A stretch of 39,800 bases of DNA from a virus (lineage: Duplodnaviria > Heunggongvirae > Uroviricota > Caudoviricetes): the IMG/VR virus record IMGVR_UViG_3300042892_001069; one strand, 5' to 3'. A model generated the notes under the pieces. It had not been told where the DNA came from. It saw only the letters and a program-made list of their open reading frames with translations, and did no database searches. A program made the position numbers and the translations under genes. Below, piece after piece: positions 32,015 to 39,800 of this stretch (the stretch's first letter is position 1; each line of letters begins with the position of its first letter).

Positions 32015-32558
32015 CAGTGTACTCTACTAACTCGAGCATTTCCTTAAACATATCTGCGGCGTATTGGAAACATACTTTAGCTTCATCGGCCATGCTGTCG
32101 TCTAGTCGTTCACGAATGGCAATCTTAAGAGCGTCAGGATCACTAAACTGATAATATTTTCCAGATCCTGGAACTCGTTTGGCAATCATTTGACCACCTG
32201 CTAAATCGCCCATGTGCCGCACATACAAGTGTGCCATTAGTCGTTTAGGATCGTCCTTAATACTTAGAATATATTTGATATAGTTTTCAACTGCTGGCAA
32301 TATAGTAGGCTCAGCGTCATCCTTGTTGTGTAATTCTAGATAGTCTGCTAAGATAGCAGGTGCCCGACGCATATCAGGAAGGCCAGTAAGTAGCCCATGT
32401 GGCATTGAACAAACTTCTAAAATCTCGTAGCACGGATGCTGGTTTTTTAAATATGCTGAATATAATTTAGGATTAATTTTTCCTGAAAATAATATTTTAA
32501 CAAATGGTTGCGTTTCGGCATTTTTATGTGCTTCGTGGGTTAACTCTTTTAAGCTCAT
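32001..32558 (-). CDS. Heme oxygenase
   Basis: LKELTHEAHKNAE; AHLYVRHMGDLAGGQMI. Confidence 0.92.
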   Translation of the reverse strand: MSLKELTHEAHKNAETQPFVKILFSGKINPKLYSAYLKNQHPCYEILEVCSMPHGLLTGLPDMRRAPAILADYLELHNKDDAEPTILPAVENYIKYILSIKDDPKRLMAHLYVRHMGDLAGGQMIAKRVPGSGKYYQFSDPDALKIAIRERLDDSMADEAKVCFQYAADMFKEMLELVEYTDESK

Positions 32559-32857
32559 TCTTCTTCCATTTTAATTTGTAAGGGATGTCCATTTGTGCGA
32601 GCAAGGTTAGTAGATTCAACTGCTTTGGCTTCAGCAATTTCAAAACTATAAACGCCAGCAACACCGCTACCAGTCTCGTGAACTTGAATCATAACATCGT
32701 CAGCACTAGTGGGATTGTGTTTGAATATTTCAATCAATAGTCCTACTACAAACTCCATAGGGGTACTGTCGTCATTCAATAGAATAACTTTCCATTGTCT
32801 AGGCTCGTTCACAGTTACTTTAATTTTTTCATCTAGTTGGATATCGGTACTAGGCAT
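32555..32857 (-). CDS. clpS: ATP-dependent Clp protease adaptor
   Basis: KVILLNDDSTPMEFVV...VHETGSGVAG. Confidence 0.93.
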   Translation of the reverse strand: MPSTDIQLDEKIKVTVNEPRQWKVILLNDDSTPMEFVVGLLIEIFKHNPTSADDVMIQVHETGSGVAGVYSFEIAEAKAVESTNLARTNGHPLQIKMEEE

Positions 32858-32873
32858 TGTGTTCTCTTTTTCT

Positions 32874-32898
32874 AAAAATGGGGGAATTTCTTCCCCCG
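32874..32898 (-). terminator. Intrinsic terminator after hsp20
   Basis: GGGGGAA-GAAA-TTCCCCC-ATTTTT. Confidence 0.7.
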
Positions 32899-32910
32899 GG
32901 TTATTTAACT

Positions 32911-33333
32911 TTATTTAATCTTAATCTGACGAGGTTTGAGCGCATCGGGAATAATACGCATGATTTCAATTACCAGCATACCATCCTTAACCTCCGCCGC
33001 ATTAACTTCCATATACTCGGCAAGAGTAAATTGTTGTTCAAAGTCTCTAGCGGCTAACCCTCTATGTAGATATTCGAAACGGCTATCTGCCTGATTTAGT
33101 TTGCATCCTTTTACAGTAAGTTGATCTTGATCAACTTCTACGGTAATTTCTTCTCTACTAAAACCAGATACAGCAATTTCAATTCCGTAATGGGTCTCGT
33201 CGTATTTTACGATGTTATGTGGTGGATAGTTACCATTATGGTGACTAGGGGCATTAAAATAACGATCGAAGCCTACTAGGGCTCTACTTAGGTGGGCAAG
33301 GTCTGCCGCGTTTACAGTTCTTAGTTGTGTCAT
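32911..33333 (-). CDS. Small heat-shock protein (IbpA/Hsp20)
   Basis: NYPPHNI...IAVSGF...YLHRGLAARDF...GMLVI. Confidence 0.95.
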   Translation of the reverse strand: MTQLRTVNAADLAHLSRALVGFDRYFNAPSHHNGNYPPHNIVKYDETHYGIEIAVSGFSREEITVEVDQDQLTVKGCKLNQADSRFEYLHRGLAARDFEQQFTLAEYMEVNAAEVKDGMLVIEIMRIIPDALKPRQIKIK

Positions 33334-33341
33334 GATTTATA

Positions 33342-33390
33342 TCTCCTTTATTAAGCAAGAACTTTGTGGGACCCCGAAGGCATCCCACAT
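33342..33390 (-). promoter_or_regulatory. ROSE-like RNA thermometer (hsp20)
   Basis: Upstream hairpin, then TCTTGCTT-AATA-AAGGAGA with bulged G opposite the SD. Confidence 0.7.
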
Positions 33391-33402
33391 GTTTACATTG
33401 TA

Positions 33403-35307
33403 TTACTTCTTCTCTGTGTCATCAACCTCTTTGAACTCCGCATCTACGGTTTGTTCACCCTGTGGTTGTGTAGGGCTTGCGTTGGCTGATTCTGCTGCCT
33501 GTTTCTTTGTTAAGATAGGGCTAGCAGATTCAAATAGCTTTGAAATAGCTTCGTTAATCTTTTCGACTTCCTCGCCTTTCAATGCTTCATCCAAACTTGT
33601 CTTAGCTGTTGTATACGCAGTTGTTTCTTCTTCAGATAATTCAGCTTTAAATTCTTCAAAGTCTTTACCTAGACTGTGTGCTGTCGACTCAGCTTGATTA
33701 CGTGCGTTGACTAGTTCAACAGTCTTCTTATCAGACTCTGCGTTTTCTTCAGCTTCTTGTACCATACGTTTGATTTCAGCTTCAGTTAATCCTGAATCAG
33801 ACTTGATAGTAATCTTATTTTCTTTGCCAGTGTTTTTATCTTTGGCACTTACGTTAAGAATACCGTTGGCGTCAATGTCTAGGGTAACTTCAATCTGTGG
33901 AGTACCACGTAATGCTGGAGCAATACCTTCAAGATTAAACTCGCCTAACAACTTATTATACTTAAACAGTTCACGCTCACCTTGGGCAACTTTAATAGTT
34001 ACTGCTGGCTGATTGTCTTCTGCTGTTGAGAATGTTTGTGAGTGTTTAGTTGGAATAGTTGTGTTCTTTTGAATCAACTTGGTAAACACACCGCCCATTG
34101 TTTCAATGCCCAATGTCAATGGTGTTACGTCTAACAACAACACGTCTGTCTTGTCGCCTGACAACACTGCTCCTTGGATGGCAGCACCAGCGGCAACTGC
34201 TTCGTCTGGGTTAACGTCTTTACGTGGAGCCTTGCCAAACAGTTTCTCAACTGCTTCTTGTACTTTAGGCATACGTGTTTGACCACCAACAAGGATAACT
34301 TCGTCAATGTCAGCGGCAGTAACATTAGCGTCTTTCATTGCTGTCTTACATGGCTCAATTGACCGTTGAATCAATGCTTCAACCATCGATTCAAATTTAG
34401 CACGACTGATAGTCACGTTCATATGCTTAGGGCCACTTGCGTCTGCTGTAATGTATGGCAAGTTAACACTAGTGCTTGCGGCGCTAGATAATTCAATCTT
34501 GGCTTTTTCAGCTGACTCTTTTAAACGTTGTAGGGCCAACATATCTTTCTTAAGATCAACACCGTTGTCTTTCTTAAACTCATCTACTAGGTAATCCATA
34601 ATAGCTTGGTCAAAGTCTTCACCGCCAAGGAATGTGTCGCCGTTTGTGCTTAGTACTTCGATTTGTTTATCGCCGTCAACGTTGGCAATTTCAATAATGG
34701 AGATATCAAATGTACCGCCACCTAAGTCGTATACAGCAATCTTACGATCACGTTTGTCTGCTTTGTCAACTCCGTATGCGAGTGCGGCCGCAGTTGGTTC
34801 GTTGATAATACGCAATACTTCTAAGCCGGCAATACGGCCTGCGTCTTTGGTTGCTTGACGTTGGCTGTCATTGAAATAAGCCGGGACTGTAATAACAGCC
34901 TGTGTAACAGCATGACCGAGATAGTCTTCTGCTGTCTTTTTCATTTTTCTGAGTACTTCAGCTGATACTTGTTGCGGTGCTAGTTTTTCGCCGTTGGCTT
35001 CGATCCATGCGTCACCGTTGTCTGCCTTGACAATACTGTAAGGCATCAAGTTGATATCCTTTTGGACTTCTTTTTCGTCAAACTTACGTCCAATAAGACG
35101 CTTGCTTGCGTAGATAGTATTTTTGGGGTTTGTAACTGCTTGTCGTTTTGCTGTTGCGCCAACTAGGATTTCGTCTTTGGCATACGCAATAACTGATGGT
35201 GTTGTTCTAGCACCTTCGCTGTTTTCAATTACTTTAGCAATTCCGTTTTCTAGGATCGCTACACAGCTATTTGTTGTACCTAAATCGATACCGATGATTT
35301 TGCTCAT
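33403..35307 (-). CDS. dnaK: Chaperone DnaK (Hsp70)
   Basis: [19 protein letters not shown], full length 634 aa. Confidence 0.99.
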   Translation of the reverse strand: MSKIIGIDLGTTNSCVAILENGIAKVIENSEGARTTPSVIAYAKDEILVGATAKRQAVTNPKNTIYASKRLIGRKFDEKEVQKDINLMPYSIVKADNGDAWIEANGEKLAPQQVSAEVLRKMKKTAEDYLGHAVTQAVITVPAYFNDSQRQATKDAGRIAGLEVLRIINEPTAAALAYGVDKADKRDRKIAVYDLGGGTFDISIIEIANVDGDKQIEVLSTNGDTFLGGEDFDQAIMDYLVDEFKKDNGVDLKKDMLALQRLKESAEKAKIELSSAASTSVNLPYITADASGPKHMNVTISRAKFESMVEALIQRSIEPCKTAMKDANVTAADIDEVILVGGQTRMPKVQEAVEKLFGKAPRKDVNPDEAVAAGAAIQGAVLSGDKTDVLLLDVTPLTLGIETMGGVFTKLIQKNTTIPTKHSQTFSTAEDNQPAVTIKVAQGERELFKYNKLLGEFNLEGIAPALRGTPQIEVTLDIDANGILNVSAKDKNTGKENKITIKSDSGLTEAEIKRMVQEAEENAESDKKTVELVNARNQAESTAHSLGKDFEEFKAELSEEETTAYTTAKTSLDEALKGEEVEKINEAISKLFESASPILTKKQAAESANASPTQPQGEQTVDAEFKEVDDTEKK

Positions 35308-35312
35308 AATAA

Positions 35313-35364
35313 TCTCCTTTTAATTAAGCAAGAAATTTGTAGGCCCTTTACGGCGCTCTACAAA
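35313..35364 (-). promoter_or_regulatory. ROSE-like RNA thermometer (dnaK)
   Basis: Upstream hairpin, then TCTTGCTT-AATTAA-AAGGAGA. Confidence 0.65.
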
Positions 35365-35374
35365 TTTATTTATC

Positions 35375-35710
35375 TCAGATATTCTCTAAATTCTGAATAT
35401 TTGACCATTTTTTTAGTTTTTCTATTTTGGCAGCTTGTGCCCGTTCAATATTAGTATATGATACAATATCCATACTGTGTAGAATATCTATCATAGCCAA
35501 CATATCACCAAGTTCTTCTTCCAAGTGTTCCTTGTTAGTCTTAGGTTTACCAGGCTTGTAGTTGTCCAGGCCAAAGCGGCTGATTTTACTTACCGCTTGT
35601 ATAACTTCGGCACATTCTTCTTGGAGAATGTCCATTACTTCTTTAGTTTGTGGATCCATTTTAGTTATCTTCGGAAAATCAATTGGATCGTCTGTATTTG
35701 TATAGTGCAT
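35375..35710 (-). CDS. MazG-like NTP pyrophosphohydrolase
   Basis: LQEECAEVIQAVSK...LEEELGDML; start uncertain. Confidence 0.8.
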   Translation of the reverse strand: MHYTNTDDPIDFPKITKMDPQTKEVMDILQEECAEVIQAVSKISRFGLDNYKPGKPKTNKEHLEEELGDMLAMIDILHSMDIVSYTNIERAQAAKIEKLKKWSNIQNLENI

Positions 35711-35711
35711 T

Positions 35712-36296
35712 TTAGTTAGTCTTTGAAAAAGGTGCGATGTAAGTACCACCGCTAGTTGTACTAGTACGTAAAACTCCGTAGACGTTTTGAATACCTACTG
35801 CTTGGTTCCAAGCATCTTGTAACGCATGGTGGGCAAGCACTGGAGGACGATGCGGATTGATACCTAAATCAAATGCTGTACGTACATCACGTACTGCCCA
35901 ATATTGCCAAGGAACTGCTTTGTTTAGTTTTTTGTAAACGTGTTCACAAATTGGAATGTCAAATGCCGCACCGTTTGACCAAACACGTTTTGCGCCCCAA
36001 CAGAATTTATATAGTTGATCAAACGCTTCACGAATGTGAATTCGATCAGTGCCTTCAAATGCTTCTGCTTGTGCGGCTTTGTCTTGTTGTGCCCACCAAG
36101 CTATAGTATCGTCGTTTGCGACTAATCCTAGCTCATCACAACTGTCAATATCAATTTTGACATAGAAGGAATTCATTGCGGGTTCTTTGATATCAGATCC
36201 AAACGGATCAAATTTTACTGCGCCGATTGTAAGTACAACAGCATCAGTACTAGTTGCCAATGTTTCCAAATCAATCATTACGTCTGTGTTAGCCAT
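35712..36296 (-). CDS. DEDDh 3'-5' exonuclease (DUF5051-like)
   Basis: MIDLETL, NGAAFD, HHALQDA. Confidence 0.85.
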   Translation of the reverse strand: MANTDVMIDLETLATSTDAVVLTIGAVKFDPFGSDIKEPAMNSFYVKIDIDSCDELGLVANDDTIAWWAQQDKAAQAEAFEGTDRIHIREAFDQLYKFCWGAKRVWSNGAAFDIPICEHVYKKLNKAVPWQYWAVRDVRTAFDLGINPHRPPVLAHHALQDAWNQAVGIQNVYGVLRTSTTSGGTYIAPFSKTN

Positions 36297-36324
36297 TTAA
36301 GTTCTTTCTTTATTATGAGCTTAA

Positions 36325-36353
36325 ATTATAACACAGAGTATTTAGATTGTCAA
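36325..36353 (-). promoter_or_regulatory. sigma70 consensus promoter
   Basis: TTGACA-17 nt-TATAAT. Confidence 0.85.
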
Positions 36354-36580
36354 TATAATTTCTTTGGTAATTGGTCTTTTTCGAGCTTCTTGCGCCAGCG
36401 TGATTTGGCGGCACCTTTGGCTTTTTTACGGGCAGTGGTTGGCTTTTCGTAAAATTCTTTTTTACGGAGATCTTCCAAAATACCAGCATCTTCAATCTTA
36501 CGCTTAAAACGGCGTAGAGCTTGATTGATATTTTCGTTATCTCTAACAGTAATGCCTGTACCTTTACTCTTCTGATTCAT
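36350..36580 (-). CDS. rpsU: Ribosomal protein bS21
   Basis: [13 protein letters not shown]...[16 protein letters not shown]. Confidence 0.92.
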   Translation of the reverse strand: MNQKSKGTGITVRDNENINQALRRFKRKIEDAGILEDLRKKEFYEKPTTARKKAKGAAKSRWRKKLEKDQLPKKLY

Positions 36581-36983
36581 CTGAGTCCTCGTCTTCTTCT
36601 TGATCTTGTTTGAACTGTTCTACAATACTATCCAAGTTGTAAATACGATTTTTGGATATTAAATTATAGGGCGTTAGTTCGTCGTTAGTTATATAGTAAG
36701 AATTACCCTGTGCTAACATGAATGTGATAAACTTATGTGTAATAAGATCACAATTGTCAACGTCAATTATAACCACATCAACTTGTTGAGCAGTACTTAG
36801 TAACCAACTAATATCCGTTTCATCCTGATCAAAAATAAAGACATTTAAATCATCAATGCTTTGACTTAGAATAGCTTGAAACTGTTCTTTTACTACTAGG
36901 CTGGGTTTGACTAACAAATAACTTAAGGTTAAATTGAATAGTTTATCCGGCGGTGTTATTACTGTTATCTTTCCTAAGTTCAT
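36564..36983 (-). CDS. Hypothetical protein
   Basis: Co-directional ORF with acidic tail. Confidence 0.7.
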   Translation of the reverse strand: MNLGKITVITPPDKLFNLTLSYLLVKPSLVVKEQFQAILSQSIDDLNVFIFDQDETDISWLLSTAQQVDVVIIDVDNCDLITHKFITFMLAQGNSYYITNDELTPYNLISKNRIYNLDSIVEQFKQDQEEDEDSDESEE

Positions 36984-37293
36984 ATATCCTACTTACAAAT
37001 GTTTCTACTGTTTCTGTAGTATAGTTACTAAATCTTGGACCTTTAGTTCGAGTCTCTTCAACAAACTCAAATAACTTTGGATCTGTTGTTGCGTCTACTT
37101 CTAATGTGTCAAAAACTTTATTACTATACAACTTATATAATTCGTCTTTGGCTCGTGCTCCAGTACGTTCTACAACACGTGACCAAATTGTACTAGTGTC
37201 TTGTTCAGCGTTTTGAATATAGCCTATGCTTCCCTGTTCTTGATTTGTATCTTGCCCGTAAGGTCCTTGGTCATATAAGTCTTTTTTTTTAGG
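36943..37293 (-). CDS. Probable -1 frameshift extension of the upstream membrane protein
   Basis: Open -1 frame from the A9G run (A AAA AAG) to TAA at 36943; no ATG in frame. Confidence 0.5.
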   Translation of the reverse strand, partial: PKKKDLYDQGPYGQDTNQEQGSIGYIQNAEQDTSTIWSRVVERTGARAKDELYKLYSNKVFDTLEVDATTDPKLFEFVEETRTKGPRFSNYTTETVETFVSRIYELRKDNSNNTAG

Positions 37294-38435
37294 TCTGATA
37301 ATTCTACTGAGTCTGCTTCTATTACTTCTGTTAGGTCAGGTTTAATTCTATCACCTGTAACTTCAGTATATTGCGTTTCAGTTGGATGATATTTTTCGGC
37401 TTCAGCAGACGCTAACTCTTTTTCTTTAGCAACTTCCTGCTCGGCCTGTTCAATCATCTTGTTCCATTTTTCAAGCTCTGATTCAGTAGTACCTGGTATT
37501 ACTGGTTCCTCCGGCGCCGTTATATCACCTCCTAGTGCGGTCGACGGTGTATCGCTTGTTACTTCTGTGTGTGCGTGTTCTTTAATTTGTTCAACTTGAT
37601 CAGCAGTCAATGGACCATCATCCTTAGGATACGATGGTTCCAGTTTAGCTGTTTCAATTGGTTCTGCTACTGGTGCGGGCTCTTCTTTTCTCCAGCCAAA
37701 TGTCATTTGTGCGGCTAACAACATGATGATTGCTAATGGATCAAACACTACAATAATTGTAATGATTACCCAAGTAACTGCTTTCTCTAAAAGTGTCTCA
37801 TTTGTTTCACCGTATATAAAGGCGGCGATGTACTTTAGTGGACCAACTTCTGCCTCAACTTTACGTATTTCAGCGGCAATAGGAGCACGTTCTTCATTTA
37901 GGGTAGCAATAGTTTTTTGCGACTTGGTAATGTCAGCTTGGATCTGTGTTCTTTCTTTTGCTTGACGTTGGCGCATAGCATTAGCATTTACCGCACCTTG
38001 ATCAGTTTTACTACGAGCAATAGTTTCGTCAATAGTAGCATCCATTTGTTTTAATGCTTTGCGATTAGCTTCGATATTTTCTCGTTCAGTTTTTATCTTT
38101 TCGTCATAGATGGCAATCTTACTAGTAACGTCGCCTGACACTAAACTTTGATCGCTGTGTGCTTTTGATAAGAATCCAAAAATACCCATGCTAGTAATAA
38201 GCATTAATACAATGACTGCTGTAGTCATGTACACTTTCATCAGACGTGGAGCACGTTCCCAGTTGGCCTTAAGCCAGCTGGCGCAGACTAGTTTAGCTAT
38301 TTCAAGAGCTGAGCCCATAACTATGATGGGGATAACTGCGGCTGAGAAAATAGCAGCCAAACCTATTACACTGTAATAGATTGCGACTGCTGAAAGTACT
38401 AAACCGGTGAGAAGTAACAACCAGGCAAGAATCAT
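37224..38435 (-). CDS. Membrane-anchored coiled-coil protein
   Basis: 3 N-terminal TM segments, long coiled coil, further TM segment, acidic tail. Confidence 0.8.
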   Translation of the reverse strand: MILAWLLLLTGLVLSAVAIYYSVIGLAAIFSAAVIPIIVMGSALEIAKLVCASWLKANWERAPRLMKVYMTTAVIVLMLITSMGIFGFLSKAHSDQSLVSGDVTSKIAIYDEKIKTERENIEANRKALKQMDATIDETIARSKTDQGAVNANAMRQRQAKERTQIQADITKSQKTIATLNEERAPIAAEIRKVEAEVGPLKYIAAFIYGETNETLLEKAVTWVIITIIVVFDPLAIIMLLAAQMTFGWRKEEPAPVAEPIETAKLEPSYPKDDGPLTADQVEQIKEHAHTEVTSDTPSTALGGDITAPEEPVIPGTTESELEKWNKMIEQAEQEVAKEKELASAEAEKYHPTETQYTEVTGDRIKPDLTEVIEADSVELSDLKKKTYMTKDLTGKIQIKNREA

Positions 38436-38445
38436 CTAGGTCCTA

Positions 38446-39084
38446 TTATTCTGCGGCGCCGGCAGCGTCGATGGTTGTAAGTTCAGTACCGTCAATTTGA
38501 GCAACGGTAACGTCTGCTAAAATATCAGCGGCTGTGTCCGGTGCGGCAACAGTAATAGCTGTCTGGCTATCAGTTGGAGCACTAGATAATACGCGAGTTG
38601 TTGATGTAGTAGCATCGCGGAACCCACGAACAACTGCGTCTTCAATAGCAAGTGCTAATGTAGTAATTGCTACGGTAGCAACGTTAGTAGCAACTCCAGT
38701 TTCTTGTACATTACGTGCCTTTTGAGCATCAATGATACCCGCTGTACGATCGTACTTAACTGTGAATGCCAAACTTGTAGCAACATCGTCGCCAACTAGT
38801 TCTGCGCCGCCACCTGCGATACCAGTTTCGATATCTAAAATTTGGCAGTCACCTAACCCACTTAGACGATTAACTACGTTACGGAAACGAAGGTTACCAC
38901 GTGCTCGTGCTTTTGCCTTAACTAGAGTAGTTGGCAAAGTTGCAAAACTATCTGCTGAGTTTGGGGTAATAGCACCATTGTCATTGCCGTCGGCAGTTGG
39001 GTATGTTCCTGTGCTAGCGGCCCAAACTACACGAAATAGACCTGGGTTTAATTGATTGCTGTCTTGTTGAAATCCTGATGGCAT
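38446..39084 (-). CDS. Hypothetical protein (A/T/D-rich, possibly virion-associated)
   Basis: AAGGAG SD; TAAATA upstream. Confidence 0.7.
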   Translation of the reverse strand: MPSGFQQDSNQLNPGLFRVVWAASTGTYPTADGNDNGAITPNSADSFATLPTTLVKAKARARGNLRFRNVVNRLSGLGDCQILDIETGIAGGGAELVGDDVATSLAFTVKYDRTAGIIDAQKARNVQETGVATNVATVAITTLALAIEDAVVRGFRDATTSTTRVLSSAPTDSQTAITVAAPDTAADILADVTVAQIDGTELTTIDAAGAAE

Positions 39085-39115
39085 TTGAATGCTCCTTAAT
39101 ATCTAATATTTATCG

Positions 39116-39451
39116 TTACTTGAACACAATTAAGGCTAACAAGGATGCTTGTACAAAGAATCCAAAGCCGATTGTGACAATGTTTAACAGATCTTTTTGG
39201 ATCGTTGCTTTAATAAAAAAGCAAAATAACCCAACCCAACTAAACAATACCATGTCCACTGGCGGCATCTTTTCAGTAAGCCCTGTTAGCACAGCAATCA
39301 TAGTAGGAATTGTTGCTAGATGCATAAGAATCACAGCAATCCATCCCATTGTTTCCGCGCTTACATGCGGTGCGTGTTCCTTAACGTTTTTAACCCAAAG
39401 ATCGAGATTAAAAAAATCAGTTACACTTTTTTTAAGTTGTTCAGTGTTCAT
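39116..39451 (-). CDS. Small multi-TM membrane protein
   Basis: Three hydrophobic segments; AGGA SD. Confidence 0.7.
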   Translation of the reverse strand: MNTEQLKKSVTDFFNLDLWVKNVKEHAPHVSAETMGWIAVILMHLATIPTMIAVLTGLTEKMPPVDMVLFSWVGLFCFFIKATIQKDLLNIVTIGFGFFVQASLLALIVFK

Positions 39452-39459
39452 GCTAGTCC

Positions 39460-39800
39460 TTATTTGTAAAAAATATGTCGGCCAATTTTAGCCACTTTTT
39501 CCCGTTTCCACCCAGGATTAATATAATCACCATGGAAATACATAGCATCTTTAACAGATGGTAACCGGAATCCTTCTAGTAATACCTTTTTTGCCACTTC
39601 CATTGATTCGGTATACACTGGACCGTTCATTGGCTTTTTAAGCGATGCTGAATCACAGTACCAGCTGAACTGGCAAAGTACCTTTTCGTAGACAATATTT
39701 TTTTGGTAAACTACTTGACAAATATCAGATGGAAATTGTACGTTTTCCGTTCTGTTAATTGTAACTTGTGCTACAGCAACTTTACCTTCAAATGGCTCAC
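39460..39800 (-). CDS. Cell-wall hydrolase SleB-like (5' end outside window)
   Basis: Hand translation: EGKVAVAQVTINR...ICQVVYQ...CQFSW...YFHGDYINPGW...IGRHIFY*. Confidence 0.88.
   Translation of the reverse strand, partial: EPFEGKVAVAQVTINRTENVQFPSDICQVVYQKNIVYEKVLCQFSWYCDSASLKKPMNGPVYTESMEVAKKVLLEGFRLPSVKDAMYFHGDYINPGWKREKVAKIGRHIFYK

Noticed and set aside
19306-39491. Many short antisense or alternate-frame ORFs inside cyclase, FecR, csgG, dnaK and neighbouring genes
   Set aside because: These are shadow ORFs of well-supported genes with no SD or motifs
1-39800. Bacterial chromosome origin (dnaK, clpS, rpsU, cspA)
   Set aside because: These genes lack their bacterial operon contexts (no dnaJ/grpE, clpA or dnaG) and sit among T4-like hypothetical genes, late-promoter motifs and a 35-tRNA array; a cellular genomic island cannot be strictly excluded without capsid genes

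Overview
This window reads as part of a large lytic T4-like or jumbo phage genome, probably freshwater. It is AT-rich and gene-dense. The host is probably a betaproteobacterium, inferred from the style of the DnaK and CspA sequences. Bases 1-16,340 hold a minus-strand array of 35 tRNA genes covering all 20 amino acids, several of them atypical. The array is interleaved with about 11 2OG-Fe(II) oxygenase-like genes, an RNA end-healing-like kinase/phosphatase set, an RNAP omega homologue and several unannotated structured RNAs. Directly upstream sit sigma70 promoters, a 46-codon leader ORF containing all 20 amino acids (35 different codons) and a terminator/antiterminator pair. This is a candidate ribosome-coupled attenuator sensing the tRNA pool and is the best new-system candidate here. 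A second candidate is a 4-copy ncRNA family, three copies of which display an anticodon-like stem-loop (Lys UUU twice, Ser UGA once). The rest of the window carries rubredoxin/rubrerythrin, a circularly permuted tmRNA, cspA, a desaturase, a PBP-like peptidase, a curli (csgF/csgG/curlin)-FecR-CHASE2 cyclase module, heme oxygenase plus bilin reductase, clpS, hsp20 and dnaK (both with ROSE-like thermometers), a MazG-like protein, an exonuclease, ribosomal protein bS21, a probable -1 frameshifted membrane protein and a partial SleB-like hydrolase. All calls were made by eye with no searches run, and coordinates may be off by a few bases.
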